From the NCBI GenBank assembly GCA_965199495.1, contig CBDASK010000003.1:1-64000 (forward strand): a stretch of 64,000 nucleotides of DNA. Reading direction: 5' to 3'. The notes under the pieces are model-generated. The model was given only the letters and a program-made list of their open reading frames with translations, was not told the DNA's origin and did no database searches. Shown piece after piece: positions 29,467 to 40,347 of this stretch (the first letter of the stretch is position 1; each line of letters begins with the position of its first letter). The stretch is from Abditibacterium sp. Lineage in GTDB: Bacteria; Armatimonadota; Abditibacteriia; Abditibacteriales; Abditibacteriaceae. A program made the position numbers and the translations under genes.

Positions 29467-30909
29467 ATGCAACAAGACCCGAAACGATGGCTGGCGCTGT
29501 CGGTTATTTTAAGCGCGACTTTGCTGGGCGTTCTCGATTTTTTGATCGTCAATCTGGCGCTGACTTCGATCCAACGCACCATCGGCGCGACCGAAGCGCA
29601 GGTGCAACTCACCGTCGCGTTTTATGGTTTATCGTTCGCGGTGTTTCTCATTACCGGCGGCAGGCTGGGCGATATTTACGGGCGCAAACGCGTGTTTCAA
29701 ATCGGCATGGCCGGTTTCACGCTGTCGTCGGCGCTGTGCGGGTTCTCGCAAACGCCCGAACAGTTAATTATTTTCCGCATCGTGCAGGGCGTGTTCGCGG
29801 CGTTGATGTCGCCGCAGGTTTTGGCGACGATTCAGGTTCTGTTCGAGGGCGACGAGCGCGACAAAGCCACCGGCTTCGTCGGCGCGACCGTTGGCGTCGG
29901 TTCGTTGTTGGGAAACGTCGTCGGTGGCTGGTTGGTCGGAGCCAACTTGTTCGGCTTGGAGTGGCGCCCGATATTTTTCGTCAACGTGCCAATTGGCATC
30001 ACGGCGGTCGTCGCGACGCAGTTTTTGCTCCGCGAGTCGAAATCGAAAACCGCGCGCAAACTCGATGTTCCCGGCGCTTTGATCGCGGGATTGTCGTTGT
30101 TTTTGCTAATTTTCCCCATCGCCGAAGGACGCGAAAAAGGTTGGCCGTGGTGGGCTTTTGCTATGATCGCAGTGGCCATCGCCATCGCGTGCGGCTTTGT
30201 CGCGTTCGAGAAATGGTTGGCTCGGCGCGATGGCTCGCCGCTCATTGACATGGAATTGTTCAATTCGAGCGGCTATGTGCGCGGGTTGGGCGCGATTTTA
30301 TTGTTGTATTGTGGGCTGAGTTCGTTCTCGTTTGTTATCGCGCGCTTTTTACAAGACGGATTGCGGGTTTCGCCACAAAACACCGGCATTATTTTCGCGG
30401 CGCTTTCGCTGGCTTTTCTCGTCGCGTCGCTGGGCGCCGTCAAAATGGTGCGCGTTCTCGGCCCCAAAACACTCTTGATCGGTCTGGCGATTCTGCAGGT
30501 CGGCCAACTGATTCTCATCGCGCTGTGCCTCCTTTTCAAAGGCCATCTCAATCCGTATGCGCTGATGCCAGTGCTGGCGCTTTATGGAATCGGTCAGGGT
30601 TTGGCGGTTCCGCAAGTCATCCGCCAAACCTTGAATCACGTCGGCACCCAGAACGCGGGCGCGGCTTCGGGCTTACTTTCAACAGTTCAACAAATCGCGT
30701 TTTCGCTGGGCGTTTCGGTCGTGGGCGGCGTATTTTACGCGTTCGCCGACGCGGGCAAATCGTCCGATTCGTTCGCGCGCGGCACCGCCGTCGCGTTCGT
30801 TTTGAACTTCGCCTTCGTATTCGCCGCGCGTATTTTGGTGGCGCGCAATCTCAAACGCAGCGCGGCAGTTGTCAATCAGAACGTCGAAAATATGATGTTA
30901 GAAGTTTGA
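29467..30909 (+). CDS. MFS transporter, DHA2 (14-TM) type
   Basis: LDFLIVNLAL, GGRLGDIYGRKR, WRPIFFVNVPIG. Confidence 0.92.
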   Translation: MQQDPKRWLALSVILSATLLGVLDFLIVNLALTSIQRTIGATEAQVQLTVAFYGLSFAVFLITGGRLGDIYGRKRVFQIGMAGFTLSSALCGFSQTPEQLIIFRIVQGVFAALMSPQVLATIQVLFEGDERDKATGFVGATVGVGSLLGNVVGGWLVGANLFGLEWRPIFFVNVPIGITAVVATQFLLRESKSKTARKLDVPGALIAGLSLFLLIFPIAEGREKGWPWWAFAMIAVAIAIACGFVAFEKWLARRDGSPLIDMELFNSSGYVRGLGAILLLYCGLSSFSFVIARFLQDGLRVSPQNTGIIFAALSLAFLVASLGAVKMVRVLGPKTLLIGLAILQVGQLILIALCLLFKGHLNPYALMPVLALYGIGQGLAVPQVIRQTLNHVGTQNAGAASGLLSTVQQIAFSLGVSVVGGVFYAFADAGKSSDSFARGTAVAFVLNFAFVFAARILVARNLKRSAAVVNQNVENMMLEV

Positions 30910-30921
30910 AGTGAGTGTAAA

Positions 30922-30955
30922 AAACGGGGCCGATGCAGTTGCATCGGCCCCGTTT
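30922..30955. terminator. Terminator hairpin
   Basis: AAACGGGGCCGATGCA-GT-TGCATCGGCCCCGTTT between convergent genes. Confidence 0.8.
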
Positions 30956-30958
30956 CGT

Positions 30959-31133
30959 TTGAATAGAGCTTCAAAGGTGCCAGCGAATGAATTCGCGGCT
31001 GGGAGGCTAAAGCCGTGAGTCCGCCTGCGCGGACACGGGTATTCAACTGTTCTTCGTGTCCGCGTAGGCGGACTCACGGCTTTAGCCTCCCAGCCGCGAA
31101 TTCATTCGCTGGCACCTTTGAAGCTCTATTCAA
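30959..31133. repeat. Long palindrome, REPIN-like (family A)
   Basis: About 79-bp near-perfect arms containing GCGAATGAATTCGC and GTCCGCCTGCGCGGAC. Confidence 0.92.
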
Positions 31134-33215
31134 TTATCGCACGCCGCTACCCGGCGCGAGCGGCGAAGCGAGCGTTACCAAAGCGAGCTTGCCCTCGTCG
31201 TCGGACGCGGCCAGCAACATGCCCTGCGATTCGTAGCCGCGCAGTTTGCGCGGCGCCAAGTTCGCCACGACGACGACGGTTTGGCCGATCAATTCGTCGG
31301 GCGCGTAGTGCTGCGCGATGCCCGCCAGAATTTGGCGCGACTCGGCGCCCAAATCCACCTGCAAGCGCAACAGTTTGTCGGCTTTGGGCACGCGCTCGGC
31401 TTCGGTCACTTTGCCGACTTTCAATTCGACTTTGACGAAATCGTCAATCGTGATCAAATTGGTCGCTTCGGCGTTCTCTTCGCCATTGTCGGCGGGCGCC
31501 GTGGCTGCATCAGTAGCCACGGGCACGGCGTTGTTTTCGGTTTCGGTGTTGTTCATAATTTTCACTGGTTTTTTCTGAAGATTCGCTTCGTCCAAACCTT
31601 CGAGCATTTGGAATTTTTTCACGTCGGCGCGCGGAAAAACTCCGATTGCCGGGGCAAAAGCGTGGCCGATTTCAAATTTCAAATCGGTCGCGTCGCTCCA
31701 TTTCATCGGAGTTTCGCGGCCCAACGCGGCCCAGATTTTCTCCGAACTGTGCGGCATCGTCGGCGCGATCATGACTGCGGCCCATTGCACAATCTTTAAC
31801 AGTTCGCCCAGCAAATCGGCGACATCATTTAAGTTTCCTTCTTTAACTTTGGCCCACGGTTTTTCTTCTTCGATCAAACGATTGGCGCGCCCGATAACAT
31901 CGGAAATCGTGGCCAAGGCGCCGCTAAAATCGAGCGATTCGTAGGCCGCCGCGACTTGCTGTGCCAGCGCGGGCAATTCGCTGGCAATGCCGAATTCGCG
32001 CCCGGAAGTCGCGGGCACTTTGCCGTCGAAATATTTGTGCAGCATCACCAAGGCGCGCTGCAAAGTGTTGCCTAAGCCGTTGGCCAAATCGGAATTGTAG
32101 CGGTTGATGCAGCCCATTTTCGAGAAATCGCCGTCGGCGCCAAAGGTCACTTCGCTCAGCGAATAATAACGTAATGCATCCACGCCGATCTCGAAATCGG
32201 CGCCCGCCGCATCGGCGATGCTCTGGCTAAAAGCAACCGGCTCGACGATGGTTTCTGGATCGCGCTTGCCAATTTTCTTGCCGTCCACCGTCCAAAAACC
32301 GTGCGAAAACAGTTCGCGCGGCAACTCCAAATCCAAAGCCATCAACAGCGCGGGCCACAAAGTCGCGTGAAATCTGGTGAAGATGTCTTTGCTCATCAAC
32401 TGCAAATCGGGCGGCCACAACGTCTCGAAACGCGCCGCGATTTGCGGCTCTTTGGAGCCATAACCGGGCGCCGTCGCGTAGTTTAAAAGCGCATCGGGAA
32501 ACCAGACGTAAACGACGTGGCCTTCGTGTTCGGGCACGCCAGCGGGAATCGGAATACCCCAATCTTGGACGCGCGAAATCGAGGTATCGAACAGTCCGCT
32601 TTCGATGAATTTATAAACTTCGTTGCGCCGCGCGACGGGCCGCAGCATTCCGGGATGCGCGTTGTAATAATCCAATAACGGCTTTTCAAAACGCGACAAT
32701 TCAAAGAAATGTCCGTTCTCCTCGACCCATTCGAGCGGCGCTTTGCTCTGGTCTTGCGTCGGGTTTTTGATATAGTGCGCGCCGTCGCGTTCTTCGACAT
32801 CTTCGCCCCGGAAAAACGTTTCGTCGGGCACCGAATACCAGCCCGAATAAGGCGCTAATTTGAGATAGCCGCCGTCCCACAATTGCTGCACGACTTCCTG
32901 CACGCGGTCGCGATGGCGCGGCTCGGTCGTGCGAATGAAATCGTCGTAGGAAATGTTGAGTTTCTTCCAGACTTCGATGAACTGCGCCGCCAATTCGTCG
33001 CAAAACGCGAGCGGGTCTTTGTTCTGCGCCGCAGCCACGCGCGCGACCTTGAGCGCGTTTTCGTCCGTCCCGGTCAGAAAATAGACCTCGCGCCCGCGCA
33101 ACCGCTCGAATCTGGCGCGCGCGTCGGCGGCGATTTGCGTATAGGCGTGGCCGACGTGCGGCGTCGAGTTGATATAATAAATCGGCGTGGTGATGAAAAA
33201 CGGTTTCTCAGTCAT
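31134..33215 (-). CDS. metG: Methionine--tRNA ligase with C-terminal tRNA-binding (Trbp111-like) domain
   Basis: FITTPIYY, PHVGHAY, LTGTDE, YVWF, KDI, NLAPRKLRGYESQGMLL. Confidence 0.95.
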   Translation of the reverse strand: MTEKPFFITTPIYYINSTPHVGHAYTQIAADARARFERLRGREVYFLTGTDENALKVARVAAAQNKDPLAFCDELAAQFIEVWKKLNISYDDFIRTTEPRHRDRVQEVVQQLWDGGYLKLAPYSGWYSVPDETFFRGEDVEERDGAHYIKNPTQDQSKAPLEWVEENGHFFELSRFEKPLLDYYNAHPGMLRPVARRNEVYKFIESGLFDTSISRVQDWGIPIPAGVPEHEGHVVYVWFPDALLNYATAPGYGSKEPQIAARFETLWPPDLQLMSKDIFTRFHATLWPALLMALDLELPRELFSHGFWTVDGKKIGKRDPETIVEPVAFSQSIADAAGADFEIGVDALRYYSLSEVTFGADGDFSKMGCINRYNSDLANGLGNTLQRALVMLHKYFDGKVPATSGREFGIASELPALAQQVAAAYESLDFSGALATISDVIGRANRLIEEEKPWAKVKEGNLNDVADLLGELLKIVQWAAVMIAPTMPHSSEKIWAALGRETPMKWSDATDLKFEIGHAFAPAIGVFPRADVKKFQMLEGLDEANLQKKPVKIMNNTETENNAVPVATDAATAPADNGEENAEATNLITIDDFVKVELKVGKVTEAERVPKADKLLRLQVDLGAESRQILAGIAQHYAPDELIGQTVVVVANLAPRKLRGYESQGMLLAASDDEGKLALVTLASPLAPGSGVR

Positions 33216-33258
33216 AATTTTTCCGTTCGATTCGCGCGAATTGCGCCCAGACAAAGTC

Positions 33259-33292
33259 AAAAACGCGCGGACATTTTCGATGTCCGCGCGTT
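33259..33292 (-). terminator. Terminator downstream of the tRNA
   Basis: AACGCGCGGACAT..ATGTCCGCGCGTT hairpin, U-run on the minus strand. Confidence 0.7.
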
Positions 33293-33299
33293 GGGTTGA

Positions 33300-33373
<74 letters not shown>

Positions 33374-33406
33374 TTTTTAAACGCCTCTCGTCCGGCGCAA
33401 GAAGAA

Positions 33407-33435
33407 ATTATACCGTGACTTCACAGGTTTGACAA
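33407..33435 (-). promoter_or_regulatory. Sigma70-type promoter for the tRNA
   Basis: Minus strand TTGTCA-17 bp-TATAAT. Confidence 0.7.
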
Positions 33436-33515
33436 CCCCTTTTTGGAAAATTTCGGATATGTTACAAAAGAGCAGCTTTAGTTCAACAACAGAACCCTGA
33501 GCAATTCCTAAAATA

Positions 33516-34286
33516 TCATTTCCCAATCCAACCGCGTAGCGCCGCCGCTTCGCGCGCCAATAGCGCCGGATCGTCGTTGGGCACGAACTCCAACAGCAGC
33601 CACCGCGTGCCGCCGATTTGTCGCAACTCTTCGATGTAACGCGGCCAACTCGCGCTTTGCGATAGCGGCAAACGTTGGCGTTTGCCCTCGGCGTCATCGG
33701 CCCATTCGTAGACGTGAACGTTAGTCAAATAAGGCGCAACTGCCAGTAGTGCGGCCACGTTTTCTTCGGTTTGCGCCTCGAAATTCGGGCCGCGCCGTAG
33801 CGGTTGCCACAACGTCGCGAGTTGCGCTGACCCACCCGATTGCATCAAACGTAGCGCGCTGGCGCCGCTCGAAGTTAGGGTGCCGCCGTGAAATTCGGTG
33901 GCGACTTGCACATTCGCCTCGCGTGCCATCGCCGTGGCTGCCCTCAAGCGCTCACTGGTTTGCGTCCAATCGTCGCGCGTGGATTCGCGCGCGTCCACTT
34001 TGCCGGGCCATACGCGAATTAAAGGCGCGCGCATCGCCAGAGCCGCTTCCAAAATTGGCTCGAACGGCGTATCGTCGCAGCGCCAATACGAGCCGTAAGC
34101 GGCGATTTCCAATCCGGCATCGCGCGTCATCTGACCGACTTCGCGCGCGTTTTCCAAATTGTCAGGCGGCGCGTGAATATCGGCGCCCCACTCGATGCCT
34201 TCGAGTTGGGATTGAACACACGCGGAAATAATGTCGCGCGGCGAGAGCGCGCGAAAAGTAATGGAAACCAAACCGGAGTGAAGCAT
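33516..34286 (-). CDS. Sugar phosphate isomerase/epimerase (xylose isomerase-like TIM barrel)
   Basis: GLVSITFR, GIEWG, YGSY, IRVW, EFH..TL, HV, LLEF; start MLHSG. Confidence 0.8.
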   Translation of the reverse strand: MLHSGLVSITFRALSPRDIISACVQSQLEGIEWGADIHAPPDNLENAREVGQMTRDAGLEIAAYGSYWRCDDTPFEPILEAALAMRAPLIRVWPGKVDARESTRDDWTQTSERLRAATAMAREANVQVATEFHGGTLTSSGASALRLMQSGGSAQLATLWQPLRRGPNFEAQTEENVAALLAVAPYLTNVHVYEWADDAEGKRQRLPLSQSASWPRYIEELRQIGGTRWLLLEFVPNDDPALLAREAAALRGWIGK

Positions 34287-34442
34287 AATTATGGGAACTC
34301 TTAATTTTACCAAGCCCGGCGAATTTTGGGCGTCTCGTTCTGGAGAAATCGAAGGGAAGACGGAAATTCCTAAAAATGTCGGATTTTTCTCTGGACTGAA
34401 CCGGCTCCGCGCGTTATCCTTGGATTTGCTCCAATTTTCAAC

Positions 34443-35435
34443 ATGAAACAACTCAATATCGGATTCATCGGCGTCGGCGGCATCGCGCAACTGCACCTCG
34501 ACCATCTCAAGCAAATGGAAGGCGCTAACATTAGCGCGGTCTGCGACACCTTCGAGGATCGAGCCAAAGAAGTCGGCGAAAAGTTCGACGCCGCTTCTTA
34601 CAGCGACTACAAAAAGATGATCGCCGAGCAGAAACTCGACGCCTGTTACGTCTGCATCATTCCGGGAGTTCACGGCACGACCGAACTCGATCTGGTCAAT
34701 GCGGGCATTCCGTTTTTCTTGGAAAAACCGGTTCATCTCGAACTCGATGCTTGCCAGAAAGTTTTGGACGCGCTGGAAAAGAAGCCGCTCATCAACGCCG
34801 TCGGTTATCACTGGCGCTATGGCGCGGGCGTGCAGGCCGCGCATAATTTCATGAAAGATAAACGGGCGTCTTACATCGAAGGCCATTGGTATGGCGGTTT
34901 CGTGGGCGCGCCGTGGTGGCGTCAAATGGCGCTTTCGGGCGGCCAGTTGGTCGAGCAAACCACGCATATCGTGGACATGGCGCGCTTTGTGGCGGGCGAA
35001 GTCAACACGGTTTACGCCGCCGGTTCGACGGGCGCCATGACCGACAAAGAGAACTACGACATTCACGACGTTTCGATTGCGACGATGAAATTTGAGTCGG
35101 GCGCCGTCGGCAACATCGTGTCGGGCTGCATCGCCGAAAAACACGGCGGCAACGAAACCGGTTTAACCGTGAAGGGCCGCAATTTCCAGATTTTCGCCAA
35201 CGAAAACAGCGCGAAGTGGGAAAGCGAAAACAGCAGCGACGAAATCCGTCAGGCGCCCAAGCACAAACATCTGCACAACTCCGGCGACGACGCTTTCATC
35301 GAAGCGTTGCGGACGGACAATCAAAGCGTCATTTTATCCGATTATCGCAGCGGCGTGCAGACTTTGGCGATTACTTTGGCCGCGAACGAATCAATGGAAA
35401 ACGGTCAGGAAATCGCCGTTCGCCGTTTTGTTTAA
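34443..35435 (+). CDS. Gfo/Idh/MocA-family oxidoreductase
   Basis: IGFIGVGGIA, EKP, SGGQLVEQTTHIVD. Confidence 0.9.
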   Translation: MKQLNIGFIGVGGIAQLHLDHLKQMEGANISAVCDTFEDRAKEVGEKFDAASYSDYKKMIAEQKLDACYVCIIPGVHGTTELDLVNAGIPFFLEKPVHLELDACQKVLDALEKKPLINAVGYHWRYGAGVQAAHNFMKDKRASYIEGHWYGGFVGAPWWRQMALSGGQLVEQTTHIVDMARFVAGEVNTVYAAGSTGAMTDKENYDIHDVSIATMKFESGAVGNIVSGCIAEKHGGNETGLTVKGRNFQIFANENSAKWESENSSDEIRQAPKHKHLHNSGDDAFIEALRTDNQSVILSDYRSGVQTLAITLAANESMENGQEIAVRRFV

Positions 35436-35442
35436 GTTTTGA

Positions 35443-35575
35443 ATTAGCCACAGAGGGCGCAGAGGGGCACAGAGAACGAAGAAATTAAAAAGTAAAAGCG
35501 AAACTATAAAAATTAGTTCTTCACCTTTTAATTTCTTCGTTTTCTCTGTGCCCCTCTGCGCCCTCTGTGGCTAAT
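35443..35575. repeat. Family B palindrome
   Basis: ATTAGCCACAGAGGGCGCAGAGGGGCACAGAGAA and its reverse complement. Confidence 0.9.
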
Positions 35576-37664
35576 CAAACATTTTATCCGCATCCGTTGT
35601 CGGCGCCTGACAGGCGAAGTTTTGGCACACGTAAGCCGTCGGTTTGCCGCCAATTTGCTTCATTTCACGCATCCATTCCTGACGGCTGGCGAAAAATTCG
35701 CGGCCCTTTTCGTCCAACAAAATCGTGGTGCGAAACGGCGCAAATCCGGCGCGTGCGGTTTCGATTAAGGCACGCGATTCGTCGAGTTCGCCGACGATGA
35801 CGACGTGTTGCGGCGCCTCGTCGAGTAGCATTTGACCGCGCAACAACAACGGCATCGCCGAGGGAATCGCGCTCAGGCGCGACGCGAAAGCGGCGGACGT
35901 GCGCGCGGCTTTGTCGCGCCAATAGTCGCGGCCTAAAACGTGAAACAGGCGCGCGCCGACTTCGGTCGCCAGTGCGCTGGCCGAAGGTTCGGCGCCATCG
36001 TAATCTTCTTTGAAGCGCACCAAAATATTCGGGTCGGGCGAACTGTTGAAGAACGCGCCGTTTTGTTCGTCCCAAAACAGTTCGCTCATGCGGTCGGCCA
36101 ACTGCTGCGCGCGATGCAGCCACGTCGTCTCGAAAGTCGCGTCGTATAAGTCCAGACAGGCGCGCGACAACGCGGCGTAATCGTCGCAAAACGCGGGAAT
36201 GTCGGCGGCGCCGTCTTTCCAGTGGCGCTTGAGGTTTTCGCCGTCCCACAGTTCAGCCAAAATAAAATCGGCGGCGCCCACAGCGGCTCGCACGTAACGC
36301 TCGTTTTGCAGCGCAATTCCCGCACGCGCGAAAGCCGAAATCATCAGTCCGTTCCACGCCACGATGATTTTATCGTCGCGATGCGGACGCGGACGATTTT
36401 TGCGCGCGTCGAACAAAACCTCGCGCGCGTTTTCCAATTTTTCCAAAACTTGGCGCAAAGTCACGCCGTTCATTTTGGCGATAACCGGCAGTTCGCCGTT
36501 CTCGAATAAAATGTTCTTGCCCTTAAACTCGCCGTGCGGATCACCTTCGCGCGGCGCGTTGCCTTCGGGCGTGACGCCGTAATAATCACAAAAAATCTGC
36601 GCGTCGGGTTGCGGCAATAAATCGTTAATCTCCGATTTGTGCCACACATAAAACGCCCCTTCTTCTTTTATTAAAGCGTTCGGTCGCGGCAATGAATCGG
36701 CGTCTTCAGCGGCATAGAAGCCGCCGTCTATATGCGACATATCGCGCCAGATATAACTCAATACTTTTTCCACGGATTGAGCGTAATAGTCTTCGCCCGA
36801 AATCTGATACATCTCGGCCAGGCTAATCGCCAATTGCGCCTGATCGTAGAGCATCTTCTCGAAGTGCGAGACGACCCAATATTGATCCACGCTATAACGA
36901 TGATAGCCGCCGCCCAGTTGGTCGTTCATACCGCGGTCGGTCATCATGCGCAACGTGTTTTCGCTCATCAGACGCGCGGTTTCGTCGCCACTGCGCGCGT
37001 AAAATGCGTGCAAAAAGTCGTGAACGACCGGGCGCGGAAACTTGGGCGCATTGCCAAAACCCGCCCATTCTTCGTCGTAACTGTCGCGTAATTGCGCGTT
37101 ACAGGCTTGATAAATCGCGTCCCAATCTATTTTGTTGTGGGGCGCGCTTTCTATTTCGGTAAATTGCGCCAGAGCATTTAAAGAGGAGCCAGCCGCTTCG
37201 AGAACTTTGGCGTGGTCTTCGCGCCATGCTTTGCTCAGCGAACGCAGCAAACTGGGAAAGCCGGGGCGTCCATAACCATCTTCGGGCGGATAATAGGTGC
37301 CGCCGTAAAACGGTTTCAAATCGGGCGTCAGAAAAACCGACATCGGCCAGCCGCCCTGCCCGCGATTGGCGAGCATCACGAAGTTCATATAGAGCTTGTC
37401 CACATCGGGCCGCTCTTCGCGGTCAACTTTGATGTTGACGAAATTTTCGTTCATCAACGCGGCGGTTTCCGGGTTCTCGAACGATTCGCGCTCCATGACG
37501 TGACACCAATGGCAAGTCGAATAGCCGACGCTGAGAAAGATCGGTTTATTTTCGGCGCGCGCCTTGGCAAACGCGGCTTCGCCCCAGGCGAACCATTCGA
37601 CGGGATTATGCGCGTGCTGCAACAGATAGGGCGATTTTTCATCGGCCAGAGAATTGGAAAACAT
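35571..37664 (-). CDS. Thioredoxin-domain protein, YyaL/SPATA20 family
   Basis: [43 protein letters not shown]. Confidence 0.93.
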   Translation of the reverse strand: MFSNSLADEKSPYLLQHAHNPVEWFAWGEAAFAKARAENKPIFLSVGYSTCHWCHVMERESFENPETAALMNENFVNIKVDREERPDVDKLYMNFVMLANRGQGGWPMSVFLTPDLKPFYGGTYYPPEDGYGRPGFPSLLRSLSKAWREDHAKVLEAAGSSLNALAQFTEIESAPHNKIDWDAIYQACNAQLRDSYDEEWAGFGNAPKFPRPVVHDFLHAFYARSGDETARLMSENTLRMMTDRGMNDQLGGGYHRYSVDQYWVVSHFEKMLYDQAQLAISLAEMYQISGEDYYAQSVEKVLSYIWRDMSHIDGGFYAAEDADSLPRPNALIKEEGAFYVWHKSEINDLLPQPDAQIFCDYYGVTPEGNAPREGDPHGEFKGKNILFENGELPVIAKMNGVTLRQVLEKLENAREVLFDARKNRPRPHRDDKIIVAWNGLMISAFARAGIALQNERYVRAAVGAADFILAELWDGENLKRHWKDGAADIPAFCDDYAALSRACLDLYDATFETTWLHRAQQLADRMSELFWDEQNGAFFNSSPDPNILVRFKEDYDGAEPSASALATEVGARLFHVLGRDYWRDKAARTSAAFASRLSAIPSAMPLLLRGQMLLDEAPQHVVIVGELDESRALIETARAGFAPFRTTILLDEKGREFFASRQEWMREMKQIGGKPTAYVCQNFACQAPTTDADKMFD

Positions 37665-37767
37665 GAACCAAAGTATGCGGCGAATTTGGGGCCGAACGAA
37701 AATCGCAAAAAGTGAACGCCGAGATTTCCATCTTTATCCTTTCGCCTTCATCCTTTATCCTTTCCTC

Positions 37768-38991
37768 GTGTCTATTTCAATTGAAACGATTCCCAATCGC
37801 GGTCTGACTGCACCCGATGGGTTTGAGGCGGGTGCCGCGCGCGGCGAAATCAAAACCCTCGGCCCCGACGTGGCTGTGTTGCTGGCGGCGCCAGCAGCCA
37901 CGGCGGCGGCGGTTTTTACCACCAATCGCGTCAAAGCAGCGCCGATTCTGGTTTCGGCGCGCCATCTGCAAAGCGGCGCGCCGCGCGCGATTATCGTCAA
38001 TGCGGGCAACGCCAATTGTTGCACCGGAGCGCGCGGGTTAGAAAACGCGAGCAAAATGGCGAGTTTGGCGGCGGATAAATTGGGAGTTCAAACCAGCGAA
38101 GTTCTGGTTTGTTCGACGGGAATTATCGGCCATCAATTGCCGCTCGAAAAAGTCGAAAGTGCCATCGGCCAAATCGAATTGCGACGTGGCGCGGCGACCG
38201 ATGAAGCCACGGCACGCGCGTTTATGACGACCGATTTGGTGCCGAAATTTTGCGCCGCGCGCGCGCAAATCGGCGGAAAAACGGTGACTGTCGGCGGTCA
38301 GGCCAAAGGCGTCGGCATGATTGGCCCGGCGCTGGCGCCTTTAACTTTGCACGCGACGATGTTGGCGTTTTTGACGACCGACGCACAAATCGAGCGCGCG
38401 CGTTTGCAACAGTTGCTGGAACGCGTCGTGGCGCGCTCATTCAATTCGGTCACGGTTGATGGCGACACTTCGACCAACGACACCGCGATTTTGCTGGCGT
38501 CGGGGCAAAGCGGCGTCGCGATTGACGACCAAAACGAAGGCGAGTTTCTGCAACTACTGAGTTCCGTTTGCACGACGTTGGCCAAGAAAATCGCGCGCGA
38601 TGGCGAGGGCGCGGAGCATCTCATCGAAATTCAAGTCGCGGGCGCGGCGACTGAAAACGACGCGCAAAAAATCGCGTTGACCATCGCCAATTCGCCTTTG
38701 GTGAAGACGGCGATTTTTGGCCGCGACCCCAACTGGGGCCGCATCGCGATGGCGGCGGGGCGCGCGGGCGTCGCGTTCGATGCGGCCAAACTTTCGTTTT
38801 CGCTGGGCGGCGTGCCGATGTTCCATAAAGGCGAGCCGCTCGATTTCGACTTGAAAGAGGCTGAAGCTGCTTTAGAAAACGAGAACGTAACTATCGCTTT
38901 AACGTTGGGCGAAGGCGGCGCCAGTTGGACGGCATGGACGTGCGATTTTTCTTACGAATACGTGAAAATCAACGCGGAGTATCATACCTAA
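37768..38991 (+). CDS. argJ: Ornithine acetyltransferase / N-acetylglutamate synthase ArgJ
   Basis: [55 protein letters not shown] start inferred. Confidence 0.95.
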   Translation: MSISIETIPNRGLTAPDGFEAGAARGEIKTLGPDVAVLLAAPAATAAAVFTTNRVKAAPILVSARHLQSGAPRAIIVNAGNANCCTGARGLENASKMASLAADKLGVQTSEVLVCSTGIIGHQLPLEKVESAIGQIELRRGAATDEATARAFMTTDLVPKFCAARAQIGGKTVTVGGQAKGVGMIGPALAPLTLHATMLAFLTTDAQIERARLQQLLERVVARSFNSVTVDGDTSTNDTAILLASGQSGVAIDDQNEGEFLQLLSSVCTTLAKKIARDGEGAEHLIEIQVAGAATENDAQKIALTIANSPLVKTAIFGRDPNWGRIAMAAGRAGVAFDAAKLSFSLGGVPMFHKGEPLDFDLKEAEAALENENVTIALTLGEGGASWTAWTCDFSYEYVKINAEYHT

Positions 38992-39043
38992 ACTTGGCCC
39001 CCGATTGGCAAAATCGGGCGGTCTTATGTTTGGAAAAACTTCG

Positions 39044-39529
39044 ATGGAAAGCCACGCCAAAGTGGCCGGTCACCCGTTGCATCCGATTTTGGTCGCGTTG
39101 CCGTTGGGCCTGTTGATGACTTCGCTGATTTTCGATTTTCGCGCCAAAAAGCGGCTCGATTCGACCGACGGCAAAATCGCGCGTGCGCTGATTGGCGCGG
39201 GCGTTTTGTCGGGCTTGGCGGCGGCGGTTCCCGGCATGGTTGACTGGCTCCATATCTCCGATAACTCGCGCGCCAAAGGCATCGGTTTGGTGCATGGCGG
39301 CGGCAACGTCGTCGCGCTGGCGCTGTTTGCGCTCAGTTGGAAGAAGCGTCGGCCCAACGAAACGCAGCCCGACACGAGCGCCGTGGCTCTCTCGGTGCTG
39401 GGCAGCGCGATTTTGGGTTTGACCGGTTGGCTGGGCGGCGAAATGGTTTATCGTTTGGGCATCGGCGTCGATCCGGGCGCCAATCCCGATGCGCCCAACT
39501 CGCTGATAGCTGGCGCTGATAAAATTTAA
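39044..39529 (+). CDS. DUF2231-family membrane protein
   Basis: GHPLHPILV, G.VDW, HGGGN, GWLGGEMVY. Confidence 0.85.
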   Translation: MESHAKVAGHPLHPILVALPLGLLMTSLIFDFRAKKRLDSTDGKIARALIGAGVLSGLAAAVPGMVDWLHISDNSRAKGIGLVHGGGNVVALALFALSWKKRRPNETQPDTSAVALSVLGSAILGLTGWLGGEMVYRLGIGVDPGANPDAPNSLIAGADKI

Positions 39530-39533
39530 TCCG

Positions 39534-40268
39534 ATGATTGCACTTCAATTTTATACCGTCCGCGACGCGTTCGCGGCAGACCCCATCGGCACGCTCGAAC
39601 GCGTGGCGCAAATCGGCTATCCCGGCATCGAAATCGGCGCCAAAAACTCGGATGCCGTCGTCGCAAAAATCCAAGAGTTGGGTTTATCTGTTGTCAGCGC
39701 GGGCGTGGGAATCGAGGCGTTGCGCGACGATTTCGCGGGCACCATCGAGGGCGCCAAAGCTCTCGACACTTCGTTTCTGATGCTGGGTTACGTGAGCGAA
39801 GAGTATCGCGGCTCGGCGGAGAAATGGCGCCAAACCGCCGCTATGCTCGAAGGGTTCGGCCAAAAGGCACACGAAGCCGGATTGACGCTGTGCTATCACA
39901 ATCACGACTTTGAATTGAAAGAGAATTTCGACGGCAAAACGGGTCTGGAGATTCTATTCGAGAACGCCGACCCGCAATATCTGCAAGCGGAACTCGACGT
40001 TTACTGGATTCAAAAGGGCGGCGGCTCGCCTGTCGAAATCATTGGCCGCTACGCGAATCGTCTGCCGCTTCTCCATTGCAAAGATATGATGCCCGACGGC
40101 ACTTTTGGCGAAGTCGGCGAAGGCATTTTGGATTGGCCCGCCATCTTCGAGGCCGCGAAAAAGGCGAACGTCCTGCACTATATCGTCGAGCAGGACAGTT
40201 GCCCCGGCGATCCGTTCGATTCCATTGCGACTTCGCTTCGTAATCTGAAACAAATGGGTGTGGCTTAG
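39534..40268 (+). CDS. Sugar phosphate isomerase/epimerase
   Basis: LQFYTVR, YHNHDFE, ELDVYW, HCKD, VEQD. Confidence 0.88.
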   Translation: MIALQFYTVRDAFAADPIGTLERVAQIGYPGIEIGAKNSDAVVAKIQELGLSVVSAGVGIEALRDDFAGTIEGAKALDTSFLMLGYVSEEYRGSAEKWRQTAAMLEGFGQKAHEAGLTLCYHNHDFELKENFDGKTGLEILFENADPQYLQAELDVYWIQKGGGSPVEIIGRYANRLPLLHCKDMMPDGTFGEVGEGILDWPAIFEAAKKANVLHYIVEQDSCPGDPFDSIATSLRNLKQMGVA

Positions 40269-40273
40269 CTTCG

Positions 40274-40346
40274 ATTTCAGCCGCGAAAAAGCACAAAAAG
40301 AACTTCGCAACAAGTCGCTCTTTTTGTACTTTTTCGCGGCTGAAAT
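40274..40346. repeat. Family B variant palindrome, likely also a terminator
   Basis: ATTTCAGCCGCGAAAAAGCACAAAAAG resembles AGCCACGAAAAAGCACAAAAG at 6549. Confidence 0.75.
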
Positions 40347-40347
40347 T

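Noticed and set aside
34287..35144. 542-aa version of the sugar isomerase ORF
   Set aside because: The extension is the antisense shadow of the Gfo/Idh/MocA gene.
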